The translations under genes were made by a program, and so were the position numbers. Below are positions 9,601-18,448 of a DNA stretch of 64,000 nt, in pieces. The DNA comes from a virus. Where the stretch lies: the IMG/VR virus record IMGVR_UViG_2912445111_000002, positions 1,296-65,295 of that record; one strand, 5' to 3'. Each line of letters starts with the position of its first letter. Position 1 is the first letter of the stretch. The notes under the pieces were generated by a model, which searched no databases, was not told where the DNA came from, and worked only from the letters and a program-made list of their open reading frames with translations.

Positions 9601-9869
9601 CACACCACCTCACGCATCAATTCGTCGATATCTCGGCCTTCCTCGTCGTACCAATCTACCCAGCCGGGTTCGTCTTCCCCGGCATCATCGACGTACTCAG
9701 AAAGACCGCCAGCATTGCAGTAATCCGGCTTGATGTTGTTCTCATACTGGAACAGGTCATAGTTGGCCAGCACGGTGAGAATCTTCTTTGCCTCGTCAAC
9801 ACTCGCAACCGACACCTCAAACGCCTTCATCGGTAACTGCGGAATCCACCACACTTTCAATGTGCTCAT
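9600..9869 (-). CDS. P22 gp17-like exclusion-escape protein
   Basis: LKVWWIPQLPMKAF...YDLFQYENNIKPDYCNAGGL...WVDWY matches the P22 gp17 pattern. Confidence 0.8.
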   Translation of the reverse strand: MSTLKVWWIPQLPMKAFEVSVASVDEAKKILTVLANYDLFQYENNIKPDYCNAGGLSEYVDDAGEDEPGWVDWYDEEGRDIDELMREVV

Positions 9870-9878
9870 CTCGCTCTC

Positions 9879-10094
9879 CTAGCATCCAAGTCCTGCATAT
9901 TCAGCCGCCTGCTGTTGCTTAGCGATCTCGAAACACGCAGCGCAGCACGTTTTCTTCAACTCCCAGCGTTTGCTGAAAAAGTAGCCGGTGAAGTGCTCGC
10001 GCGGCTTCACATCGTCCTTCAGCTTCCCGCAGTCGTCACACCGATCCAGCACGCGCGTCGTCATCTGGCGACTGTTCCACGCTTCTCTGTCCAT
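9879..10094 (-). CDS. Cys-rich (CxxC..CxxC) hypothetical protein
   Basis: CDDC and CAAC pairs; TGATG coupling. Confidence 0.6.
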   Translation of the reverse strand: MDREAWNSRQMTTRVLDRCDDCGKLKDDVKPREHFTGYFFSKRWELKKTCCAACFEIAKQQQAAEYAGLGC

Positions 10095-10207
10095 CACTGC
10101 CTCATCACGACAAGTTCGACATATCGAATCGCCTGGTACGCGCAGAACGACCCGACGATAAGATTTGCCACAAGCGCGGCATAGAAGCGAAGCCAGAATC
10201 CGTTCAT
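10094..10207 (-). CDS. Small hydrophobic peptide (37 aa, MNGFWLRFYAALVANLIV...)
   Basis: Hand-translated; AGGAG RBS. Confidence 0.6.
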   Translation of the reverse strand: MNGFWLRFYAALVANLIVGSFCAYQAIRYVELVVMRQ

Positions 10208-10239
10208 GGCGTTCTCCTGTGGTAGTCCTCATGGCTTTG

Positions 10240-10373
10240 TGGGGATGGGGTCGGTGCTGATCTCCGACACAGAGCGGCGCGCATGTTTTCATGGCAGCCG
10301 GCGATCCGGCCTAGGATGTCTGTCCGCTCGGTTGCTTCCATTCGCCGCGCATCAGCCTGCGCATTCCCGTTCC
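10240..10373 (-). ncRNA. Candidate tRNA-shaped RNA with kissing loops and 3' CCA
   Basis: Hairpins GCGCA-GGCUGA-UGCGC and GUCGG-AGAUCAGCA-CCGAC have complementary loops (GCUGA/UCAGC); ends CCCAUCC-CCA. Confidence 0.5.
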
Positions 10374-10407
10374 ATAAAGGCCCCGCAGATCGCTGCGGGA
10401 CGGGCGT

Positions 10408-10644
10408 TCAGACATTCGCCGTCACGTAGTCGATGATCTGGCGCGTCGTCTCGAAACGGTTCATCGCGTTATCGTCGATATCCATGCCGAATTCATCTTC
10501 GATAGCCATCGTGATTTCGACCAGGTCCAGATCGTCCATGTCGTATTCGCCAGCAAGCGAGACATCGATATGCAATTGTTCGGGGTGGGTCGAAAGCTGA
10601 ATGGCGACACATTGCTTCACGCGTTCTTCGATGTTTGTCTGCAT
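10408..10644 (-). CDS. Acyl carrier protein-like protein lacking the phosphopantetheine serine
   Basis: IEERVK...DMDDLDLVEITMAIEDEFG...QIIDYV aligns with AcpP (GADSLDTVELVMALEEEF) but has DDL instead of DSL. Confidence 0.85.
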   Translation of the reverse strand: MQTNIEERVKQCVAIQLSTHPEQLHIDVSLAGEYDMDDLDLVEITMAIEDEFGMDIDDNAMNRFETTRQIIDYVTANV

Positions 10645-10802
10645 CACGCTCCCACTCCCATCACTTCGTCATAAATCGCCTTGGCGGCCTCTTTTTCGCC
10701 AGCAATTGCGTAGCTAATCGCCCACGCAAGACGCTCTTGCGCCGCCTTATCGCCACGCACATATGCGTTGGCGTGTGCGGCCTTCAATATCGAAATGTCC
10801 AT
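10644..10802 (-). CDS. Small hypothetical protein (52 aa, MDISILKAAHAN...)
   Basis: Hand-translated; AGGAG RBS; TGATG coupling to the ACP-like gene. Confidence 0.65.
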   Translation of the reverse strand: MDISILKAAHANAYVRGDKAAQERLAWAISYAIAGEKEAAKAIYDEVMGVGA

Positions 10803-10804
10803 CG

Positions 10805-10936
10805 TCAATCTCCTAATGCAATATCACTCACGATCACGCAAACGAAGGCGATCGCGATCATGAGAGCGAACGCGGCGACCGGATGACGTTCGAACAGGCG
10901 GTCGAGCGCGCCGCAGAAGTAGGTGATGGGGTTCAT
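10805..10936 (-). CDS. Small membrane protein (43 aa, MNPITYFCGALDRLFERHP...)
   Basis: Hand-translated; hydrophobic C-terminal helix; ATGA overlap. Confidence 0.6.
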   Translation of the reverse strand: MNPITYFCGALDRLFERHPVAAFALMIAIAFVCVIVSDIALGD

Positions 10937-11214
10937 GCTTCGCCTCGGGCTTTGGCGAGCGCGATATTGATGCGTTCGCGCAACCCATGCGGGCTGTTTG
11001 ACGGCGTGAGCCAGTCTTTCGCGTCGAGCAACGCTTCGAGCAGTTCCGGTGCAGCAGCGATCAGACGCGCGTTAGCCTCGTTGCACTGTATTTCTCCGGA
11101 CAGAACCCGATTGCCATCCCCATCTAATAGCCACGGCGCTTGTTGTTCCGGGTCATAGTTCCATACCGTGTCGTCCCAATTCCACGGTCCACGCGAATGC
11201 TTTATATCGCTCAT
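10933..11214 (-). CDS. Hypothetical phage protein (GPW...ANARLIAAAPELLEAL family)
   Basis: Widespread phage motif. Confidence 0.8.
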   Translation of the reverse strand: MSDIKHSRGPWNWDDTVWNYDPEQQAPWLLDGDGNRVLSGEIQCNEANARLIAAAPELLEALLDAKDWLTPSNSPHGLRERINIALAKARGEA

Positions 11215-11372
11215 ACCGCCCTCGCCAAAACGTCAGTGAACTGAACCGTCACACAAGCCACGATCAACACGCAGCAGATCGCGGCTAACCCTTGGTGCAC
11301 TCGACGGCGGTCCTTTAAAAGCTGGTTGTCGTCAGAAGTACGGTTAAGGCTGTTGAGAGGGGTGCGCATCAT
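11211..11372 (-). CDS. Small membrane protein
   Basis: C-terminal hydrophobic segment; ATGA overlaps. Confidence 0.6.
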   Translation of the reverse strand: MMRTPLNSLNRTSDDNQLLKDRRRVHQGLAAICCVLIVACVTVQFTDVLARAV

Positions 11373-11659
11373 GCCTCCTTCTGCTCGTCGAGCATCCAGT
11401 CGATCCATGCGAGGCGGTCGGCGCGGCGCTGGTCGCCGGCGCGAAAACCGAGGCCGTTCTTCTCCTGCCAGCCGCCGAGCGAGTTCCAAGGCCGCAAGCA
11501 TCGCCCGATGTAGCACTTCAGCGAAGTGCACGCCGCTCCGAGCTCGGGCCGGGATTCTTCGACCCAATCCAATGCGCGACAGATGAAGCAGTCCCTGTGC
11601 TCGGCGATGCGCTCGCGCGCGAGCTTCAGGGCTTCGCGCTTCTCGGGGGTGAGTGCCAT
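11369..11659 (-). CDS. Hypothetical protein
   Basis: Coupled ORF, GGAGG RBS. Confidence 0.7.
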   Translation of the reverse strand: MALTPEKREALKLARERIAEHRDCFICRALDWVEESRPELGAACTSLKCYIGRCLRPWNSLGGWQEKNGLGFRAGDQRRADRLAWIDWMLDEQKEA

Positions 11660-11988
11660 CACACGCCTCCGTTGATCGTGATGTGCCGCACCGGCTCCGG
11701 CGCTTCCTTGCGGCCGGCCTTGATCAGCGCGGCGTCGATGGACAGACGCAGGCCGGACGGGATCATGACCTTCCCCGCGTCAGCGTCGGCGGCGATGAAT
11801 TCGAGGATCTCGGCCATGTCTGGAGCGGCGCACATCAGCATGCGGCGACGAGCCTGTCCTTCTTCCCAGTGTTCGAACCCACTCTTGTTGTGGATCGCCA
11901 CGAAGCCCCATCCTTTTTCGTAGACGCCATGGCCGGAGGAGGTTTTTATGTTCTCCCACTGTCCGATCGGATCCTTGATCTCGTTCAT
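11659..11988 (-). CDS. Hypothetical protein
   Basis: ORF with GAGG RBS. Confidence 0.7.
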   Translation of the reverse strand: MNEIKDPIGQWENIKTSSGHGVYEKGWGFVAIHNKSGFEHWEEGQARRRMLMCAAPDMAEILEFIAADADAGKVMIPSGLRLSIDAALIKAGRKEAPEPVRHITINGGV

Positions 11989-12245
11989 GCTTCACCTCGC
12001 GCGCGGAGCATGGCGTGATGCTCCATATGGTGTGTATGGCAAAGCCACTTCACATCAAGAGGCTTTGAATAGTCGTCGTGATGGGCATGCACCCGTTCCA
12101 CCGCTCCGCATATTTCACATGGCCTCCTAACCAGCGATCCATTACGGATGGCGGTTTGGATAGCCGTAAGCGTGTCCCCAGCACCGTCTCGACGATGTGA
12201 AAGGAAGTTGCCAGAGTAGACCCCACCAAAGTAGTGGGGACCAAA

Positions 12246-12641
12246 GTGGCAACAGATACGCCGAAGAGAACTTCACGCAAAGGCATCCCGAATCACCCGA
12301 TCGAATTTCGACGGCATCTGGCCAAGCTGGCCTGCGAGCCGGACGTATCGGTGGCGCGTCTGGCGATGGAGCATGGGGTGAATCCGAACCTGGTGTTCAA
12401 ATGGCGTCGAGCATTGCGTGCTGGCGAATACGATCCGGTGGATTTGCTGCCCGTGACCGTGGAGGCACCGGCGCAAGAGATCGAGCAACCGGCCCCGGCG
12501 CCGGTCGCCCGTGCCGCTCCGGCGAGCGCCATCGAGATCAGCGTAGGCAACACCCGAGTGCGCATCGAAGGCTCGCCGCATGAAGCCACGCTGTTGCTGG
12601 TGCTCCGTATGTTGCGCGGCACGTCGGGACCGACAGCATGA
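12246..12641 (+). CDS. tnpA: IS66 accessory protein TnpA (HTH)
   Basis: [24 protein letters not shown]; position in IS66. Confidence 0.9.
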   Translation: MATDTPKRTSRKGIPNHPIEFRRHLAKLACEPDVSVARLAMEHGVNPNLVFKWRRALRAGEYDPVDLLPVTVEAPAQEIEQPAPAPVARAAPASAIEISVGNTRVRIEGSPHEATLLLVLRMLRGTSGPTA

Positions 12642-12985
12642 TCGGACTACCCAGCCACACGAAGATCTGGCTGGCCGCCGGCGTGACCGACATGCGCTCG
12701 GGCTTCAATAGCTTGGCTGCGAAGGTCCAGACCGTGCTGGAGCGAGACCCGTTCAGCGGCCACGTGTTCGTGTTCCGCGGCAAGCGTGGCGATCTGGTCA
12801 AAGTGTTGTGGTGGAGCGGTGACGGCATGTGTCTGCTGATGAAACGCCTGGAGCGCGGTCGGTTCGTGTGGCCACGTGCCGATGGTGGCGTGGTGTGCCT
12901 GAGCCAGGCGCAACTGTCGATGCTGCTCGAAGGTATCGACTGGCGGCAACCAGTCCGCACGACGGAGCCGACATCGGCGTTGTAA
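12638..12985 (+). CDS. tnpB: IS66 accessory protein TnpB
   Basis: [10 protein letters not shown]...[12 protein letters not shown]...[11 protein letters not shown]. Confidence 0.95.
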   Translation: MIGLPSHTKIWLAAGVTDMRSGFNSLAAKVQTVLERDPFSGHVFVFRGKRGDLVKVLWWSGDGMCLLMKRLERGRFVWPRADGGVVCLSQAQLSMLLEGIDWRQPVRTTEPTSAL

Positions 12986-13014
12986 ACCTGTCGGCCGCCG
13001 CGTAGACTGCCGGC

Positions 13015-14577
13015 ATGACCACGGCAAACGCCTATCCGGACGACGTCGAGGCGCTCAAGGCCATGCTGCTTGAGCGCGATGCACGCATTGGGCATCTGGA
13101 AGACGTGGTCGAATCGCACAAGGCGGCGAACGCCACCGCCAAGGCCGAGATCGAGCATCTGAAGCTGCTGATCGCGAAACTGCGCCGCATGCAGTTCGGC
13201 CGGAGCTCCGAGAAGCTCGACCGTCAGATCGAGCAGCTCGAGTTGCGACTGGAAGAGCTCGAGGCCGACGAAGGCGCCGCCCCCATCGAGATTCCGAAGA
13301 CGCCGCGTACCGCACCGGAACAAGCGCCCCGCAAACCGCTCCCCGAGCATCTGCCACGCGAGATCCTGACGTACTGGCCGGAATCGGGCGAAACCTGCGC
13401 GGCGTGCGGCGGCCCCATGAAGCAACTCGGCGAGGACGTCTGCGAGCAGCTGGAATATGTACCGGCCAGCTTCCGCGTGATCCGCCACGTGCGCCCGAAA
13501 CTGGCATGCACGTGCTGCGATCAGATCGCACAAGCTGCAGCGCCGAGCCGCCCCATCGAGCGCGGCCTGGCTGGTCCGGGCTTGCTGGCTCATGTGTTGG
13601 TCTCGAAGTTCGCGGACCATCTGCCGCTGTACCGCCAGTCGGCGATCTATGCGCGTGAGGGTGTCGATCTGGATCGCTCGCTGCTGGCGAAATGGGTGGG
13701 TCATGGTGCGAGCCTGATGCAACCGCTGGTCGACGCCTTACGCCGGCACGTCATGGCAGCCACCAAGCTGCATGCCGACGATACGCCTGTGCCAGTGCTC
13801 GCGCCGGGCAATGGCAGGACGAAAACCGGACGGCTGTGGGTCTACGTGCGCGACGACCGGTACTCAGCCGACATGACGCCGCCGGCCGTCTGGTTCGCCT
13901 ATACGGCCGACCGCAAGGGCATCCATCCGCAGCAGCATCTCGAATCGTTCAGCGGCACGCTGCAGGCCGATGCCTATGGCGGATACCAGGCGATTTACGA
14001 AACCGGGCGGGTAGCCGAAGCAGCTTGCTGGGCACATGCTCGGCGACAGTTCTATGAACTGCATGCCGCGCGGCCGAATGCCTTGAACACCGAGGCGCTG
14101 GAGCGTATCGGCGCGTTGTACAAGATCGAGGAAGCGATCCGAGGCAAGCCGCCCGATGAGCGACAGGCGTACCGGCAAACACATAGCAGGCCCTTGCTCG
14201 ATCAGCTCCATGCGTGGCTGAGTGCCACGCTGGAAACGCTCTCGCGCAAATCCGACACGAGTCGGGCGATTCTCTATGCGCTGAACCGGTGGGAAGCGCT
14301 CACGCGCTACTGTGACGACGGGCGTCTGGAAATCGATAACCTGCCAGTTGAGCGCGCGTTGCGCGGGGTGGCGATCGGGCGCCGGAACTACCTGTTCGCC
14401 GGTGCGGACTCAGGTGGCGAGCGTGCGGCGGCAATCTACAGTCTGATCGGTACGGCCAAGCTCAACGGCCTCGATCCCGAGGCGTATCTGCGCGCCGTAC
14501 TCACGCGCATCGCGGACCATCCGAGCAACCGGGTCGAAGACCTGCTGCCATGGAACATGACCACCCTGGCATCGTAA
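13015..14577 (+). CDS. tnpC: IS66 DDE transposase TnpC
   Basis: FGRSSEK, zinc finger, [31 protein letters not shown]. Confidence 0.95.
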   Translation: MTTANAYPDDVEALKAMLLERDARIGHLEDVVESHKAANATAKAEIEHLKLLIAKLRRMQFGRSSEKLDRQIEQLELRLEELEADEGAAPIEIPKTPRTAPEQAPRKPLPEHLPREILTYWPESGETCAACGGPMKQLGEDVCEQLEYVPASFRVIRHVRPKLACTCCDQIAQAAAPSRPIERGLAGPGLLAHVLVSKFADHLPLYRQSAIYAREGVDLDRSLLAKWVGHGASLMQPLVDALRRHVMAATKLHADDTPVPVLAPGNGRTKTGRLWVYVRDDRYSADMTPPAVWFAYTADRKGIHPQQHLESFSGTLQADAYGGYQAIYETGRVAEAACWAHARRQFYELHAARPNALNTEALERIGALYKIEEAIRGKPPDERQAYRQTHSRPLLDQLHAWLSATLETLSRKSDTSRAILYALNRWEALTRYCDDGRLEIDNLPVERALRGVAIGRRNYLFAGADSGGERAAAIYSLIGTAKLNGLDPEAYLRAVLTRIADHPSNRVEDLLPWNMTTLAS

Positions 14578-14584
14578 GGCGATA

Positions 14585-15214
14585 ATGCCGCTGGCTTCCC
14601 GTTCACCCGGAGATCAGATGGCGAAATCGTTCCAGCGCTTTACCCTGCACGTGCAGCTTCAACACATCGAGCCGCCCATCTGGCGCAGGATCGAGGTTGA
14701 AGGAACCGAGTCGCTGCGCAAACTGCACCATATCCTGCAAGCGGCCTTCGGTTGGGAGGACACCCACCTGCACGACTTCCTGATCGATGGTATGACCTAT
14801 GCCATGTTCGAGGTCGATGACGTGCTGGACTTCGCTGATCCGGGCACGACCGCCGATGACCGCAAGGTTCGACTACAGAAGGTCCTGCAACCTGGCTCGC
14901 GCTTCCTCTATCGGTATGACTTCGGGGACGGGTGGGATCACGCCATCGTCGTTGAGAGAGTGGAAACCGTTGAGAGCGAACCGTGGGGCGCGGCCCAGGT
15001 CATCGATGGTGCTCGCGCGTGTCCGCCAGAAGATGTGGGCGGCCCGCCTGGCTACGACGCGTTCCTGAGCACGCTATCCAACGATCCGAATAGCGAAGAG
15101 GCTGACCATTACCGAAACTGGGTCGGCCCCGGCTTCGACTCCGAACTGTTCGATCTGCGTGCTGCCAATGCCACGCTGCTACGCATGGCTTCCAATCGTT
15201 GGGGAAGCCGGTAA
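14585..15214 (+). CDS. Plasmid pRiA4b ORF-3 family protein (IS passenger; start may be 14618)
   Basis: PPIWRRIEV...LHHILQAAFGWEDTHLHDF...YRYDFGDGWDH...GARACPPEDVGG. Confidence 0.9.
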   Translation: MPLASRSPGDQMAKSFQRFTLHVQLQHIEPPIWRRIEVEGTESLRKLHHILQAAFGWEDTHLHDFLIDGMTYAMFEVDDVLDFADPGTTADDRKVRLQKVLQPGSRFLYRYDFGDGWDHAIVVERVETVESEPWGAAQVIDGARACPPEDVGGPPGYDAFLSTLSNDPNSEEADHYRNWVGPGFDSELFDLRAANATLLRMASNRWGSR

Positions 15215-15565
15215 CTCACGCCGTCAACACGGTATCGGCTCCACGCTTACGGATAGCCTGATGTGCAGTTCTTTTCTCTGGATGATTGGCTCGCCACGTT
15301 GCAGTCGCCTCGGACCTGTTCGCGGAGTTACGTTCGCTGTATGCGTTGTTCCATGCACGCTTCTTATTGCGGTTTTTGCGTGCATATTCGACTGCCCGCT
15401 TGCTATCACAAACAGGGCACGGATATGACCGCCGCGCAACCATCGATTCAGTCACGGTGTACGCATAAGCACACTTCGCGCATATGCGTTTGTCGCCAGC
15501 AAAGAACCTCCGGATAGCGTTACCCGAAGGCTTTCCAGTTTTTGCGCTATATCCGAGTGGCATCA

Positions 15566-15805
15566 TTAACCCCTAGCCTTCAGCATGGCGTCGGCGAGCG
15601 CGTAGCAATCTTCCGCGATCGAGGATGCGTACTCGGCCGGCTCCGTCGTCGGGGCGAGACTGGCGAGGTAGCCGACGAGCGCCCTCGCCGCGAAGTAGTC
15701 GCGAAGCGTCATACCGCACGACCAGTTTTCAGCGGGGACGGGAAACGCCGGCCCGCTGTTGGTTTCCTTCGCTTCTCGGTAGAAGCGGTTTTCGGTCTTG
15801 TCCAT
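15566..15805 (-). CDS. Hypothetical phage protein (GPAFP...GMTLRDYFAA family)
   Basis: Widespread phage motif. Confidence 0.8.
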   Translation of the reverse strand: MDKTENRFYREAKETNSGPAFPVPAENWSCGMTLRDYFAARALVGYLASLAPTTEPAEYASSIAEDCYALADAMLKARG

Positions 15806-15828
15806 GTGGTCTCTCGTTGTGGTGCGCA

Positions 15829-17025
15829 TTACGCTGCGTCAGCAAGTTCGCCAGTCTCGACTTCCTCGAACTGGCCCGCTTTGGTGACGCGATACCAGAT
15901 GCCAGCCTTCAGGTTCTCGCCCTCGTAGCCGACAGCGAAACGGGCTCGTTCGTTGGCATCGCGATACGCAATCGAGATCGATGCACCTTTGCCGATCCTG
16001 AATTGCGTGTTGAATCCGGCGACAGCGATCACGGCGTTTTCACCGTCTGCAACGATCTGCGCGTCGTCGCCCGAGCTGCCGATCCGTGCGCAGTTGCCCG
16101 AGCTGCCGATCCGTGCGCCATAGCCCGAGCTGCCGATCCGTGCGTCGTCGCCCGAGCTGCCGATCCGTGCGCAGTTGCCCGAGCTGCCGATCCGTGCGTC
16201 GTCGCCCGAGCTGCCGATCCGTGCGCCATAGCCCGAGCTGCCGATCCGTGCGTCGTCGCCCGAGCTGCCGATCTGCGCGTCGTCGCCCGAGCTGCCGATC
16301 CGTGCGCCATAGCCCGAGCTGCCGATCCGTGCGCCATAGCCCGAGCTGCCGATCCGTGCGTCGTCGCCCGAGCTGCCGATCCGTGCGCAGTTGCCCGAGC
16401 TGCCGATCCGTGCGCAGTTGCCCGAGCTGCCGATCCGTGCGCCATAGCCCGAGCTGCCGATCCGTGCGTCGTCGCCCGAGCTGCCGATCCGTGCGCCATA
16501 GCCCGAGCTGCCGATCCGTGCGTCGTCGCCCGAGCTGCCGATCTGCGCGTCGTCGCCCGAGCTGCCGATCCGTGCGTCGTCGCCCGAGCTGCCGATCTGC
16601 GCGTCGTCGCCCGAGCTGCCGATCCGTGCGTCGTCGCCCGAGCTGCCGATCTGCGCGTCGTCGCCCGAGCTGCCGATCCGTGCGTCGTCGCCCGAGCTGC
16701 CGATCCGTGCGTAGTCCGTGCCGTTGTCGTTCTCGGTGATGACATCGACAGTCGCGACCTCGACCGAGATCGCCGTCGTCGCTTCGATCAGCTTGTCGGA
16801 CGCGTTCTTCGCATCAGCCGCGATGTCCTTCGCCACCGACGTGTCATCGAGCAATTCGGAAAATGCGCGCTCAGTCAGCCAGCCAGAATCGTCGAAGCGG
16901 TTGTCGTCGCGCAGTGCCTGTTGGACGTCGGTGTACTCGGCGCCCTGCGGGAACTTGTGGATGAACCAGCCATAGCCATCGGTGCAGGCTTCCCATTTAC
17001 GCAGTAGGTCGGTCGTGATCTTCAT
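15829..17025 (-). CDS. Repeat protein with 24 nonapeptide (xxA[R/Q]IGSSG) units, probable beta-solenoid
   Basis: ATG at 17025 with GGAG RBS; in-frame 27-bp repeat array. Confidence 0.85.
   Translation of the reverse strand: MKITTDLLRKWEACTDGYGWFIHKFPQGAEYTDVQQALRDDNRFDDSGWLTERAFSELLDDTSVAKDIAADAKNASDKLIEATTAISVEVATVDVITENDNGTDYARIGSSGDDARIGSSGDDAQIGSSGDDARIGSSGDDAQIGSSGDDARIGSSGDDAQIGSSGDDARIGSSGYGARIGSSGDDARIGSSGYGARIGSSGNCARIGSSGNCARIGSSGDDARIGSSGYGARIGSSGYGARIGSSGDDAQIGSSGDDARIGSSGYGARIGSSGDDARIGSSGNCARIGSSGDDARIGSSGYGARIGSSGNCARIGSSGDDAQIVADGENAVIAVAGFNTQFRIGKGASISIAYRDANERARFAVGYEGENLKAGIWYRVTKAGQFEEVETGELADAA
16069..16716. repeat. 27-bp tandem repeat x24
   Basis: GCCCGAGCTGCCGATC-core units counted from the translation. 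Confidence 0.95.
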
Positions 17026-17210
17026 GTGGGTCTCCGGGAGGGGGCGTGATTGCCCGCTGAGCGGGCGGGGTTGGTCAGCAGCCGCGCGTCGGCGACGCCA
17101 GGGGCGATGAGGTTCAGCGCGATTTCCCGAAGCAGATGTTCGGTAAGCGCGCCAGCGCCACCCTTGGCGAGACGCATCAGCTCGAGCAGGTCTTGTGCAG
17201 CGAGGCTCAT
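17022..17210 (-). CDS. Hypothetical protein
   Basis: ATGA overlaps, AGGAG RBS. Confidence 0.55.
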   Translation of the reverse strand: MSLAAQDLLELMRLAKGGAGALTEHLLREIALNLIAPGVADARLLTNPARSAGNHAPSRRPT

Positions 17211-17344
17211 GATTCGCTCCTATCCTGGTCAGCGAAGGATTCCTCTTCGCTCTTTCCGATGACATGGATCGCGATGGCGCACATGAAGCCCATCACGGCC
17301 ACCCCGCCAGCCACGAATCCCAACAGGAAATCGGTCATGTCCAT
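17207..17344 (-). CDS. Small membrane protein (MDMTDFLLGFVAGGVAV...)
   Basis: Hydrophobic N-terminal helix; coupled ORF. Confidence 0.6.
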   Translation of the reverse strand: MDMTDFLLGFVAGGVAVMGFMCAIAIHVIGKSEEESFADQDRSES

Positions 17345-17345
17345 C

Positions 17346-17624
17346 TCACACCTCGTCAAAGAGACGCACTTGCCGATCTTCGTGATCCGCATGTGTGGCG
17401 AAAAACGTGTCACGCTCCTTTGCAACCGCGGACTCGAAGAGGCGACGCACAATCCTCTCGACCGCGCGCGCTTGTTCGGGCGACTCAGGGTGCGCGAACA
17501 GTTCCTTGAGCTCACGCCATTGGCCAGGAGACAGTTCATCGATCTCATCCGCGAGCTGATGGGGAAGAAGGCCGCGCAGAATCGACAGCTCGAACGATTC
17601 GGTCGGGTCAAGCAGGGCGTTCAT
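17346..17624 (-). CDS. Hypothetical protein
   Basis: GGGGAG RBS. Confidence 0.7.
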   Translation of the reverse strand: MNALLDPTESFELSILRGLLPHQLADEIDELSPGQWRELKELFAHPESPEQARAVERIVRRLFESAVAKERDTFFATHADHEDRQVRLFDEV

Positions 17625-18437
17625 GGCTCTCCCCTGATTTGGACTGCGAACTATTTCAGAGAGAAACGCCGAGCTATCTCAAAGTCGGCGCAGCGTCCGT
17701 CTATGGACATTTATCGGGTCCGTCTTGGACGAAGAGGTCATCCAATCCCGGCAAGTGCACTCACTGAATGCGCTTGCCGGGCGACCGCTTACGGCGGTCA
17801 GTCGGACGGAGCTAAGTGGCTGCTAGATGTACGTCGTTCACCTCTATTACCGGTGCCACCTTCGGTTCCTGCCTTACCCGATTGGCAGGACATCCACACG
17901 CTTTCGCGTTCGGGGAGGACAATCCAAGACTTCAGAGAGCGCACCGCACTATCAGGGAGTGTGATGAAGGGTCGCCGTTTCGGTGGATTTAGCACCGGCC
18001 CGGATGCGAACTATCAGGAATCAGCCTGCGTCGATCCGAGCCCAGCGGTTGCCGCAACACTATGACGGGAGTCCGATGCGCTCTCTGGAATCTTGCCCGC
18101 ATCGGCGCCGACTACACCCTGCTATGCAGGCTCCGGCTACCGATGCAAGTCTTCAACTACCGTCATCGTTCTATAGCGCCTCTGGACGCCAGGCGATGCC
18201 AGTAGTAGCCGTCGATCTTTGGTTCTTCTCAGGGGTAACGGGTTGAGCCCTGTGCCTATCCGCCCTTTCGGGCCATGAGCATGTTCTATCTCTTGCATTG
18301 TGGATCGAATGTCGTCAGGGCTGGCGGCTGCCCGAGCAGTCCCAAGGTCGGCCAACTTCCCCATCGCGTGTCGCAACAGGCTTGGCTTGCTTAATCGGCG
18401 CTCAACCACCAGCACTGACTAACACTCGATTCCACGT

Positions 18438-18448
18438 TGTTAAAGAGC
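18438..18448 (-). promoter_or_regulatory. boxA antitermination element (GCTCTTTAACA) in the PL transcript
   Basis: Matches the rrn/lambdoid boxA consensus on the minus strand. Confidence 0.7.

Larger units (their letters stand above)
12166..15250 (+). mobile_element. IS66-family insertion sequence with a passenger gene (3085 bp)
   Basis: Imperfect terminal IRs starting GTAAGCGTG; 8-bp direct repeat GGATAGCC at 12158-12165 and 15251-15258; tnpA-tnpB-tnpC. Confidence 0.95.
11992..15566 (-). pseudogene. HNH-like zinc-binding phage protein split by IS66
   Basis: Removing the IS and one target copy restores ...TAHQAIQTAIRNGSLVRRPCEICGAVERVHAHHDDYSKPLDVKWLCHTHH...stop. Confidence 0.85.

Noticed and set aside
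12638..12985. TnpB as an RNA-guided nuclease
   Set aside because: This is the 115-aa IS66 accessory TnpB, unrelated to IS200/IS605 TnpB
16069..16716. CRISPR-like appearance of the 27-bp array
   Set aside because: Variable parts are only a few bases and recur; the array is in frame in a protein; no cas genes
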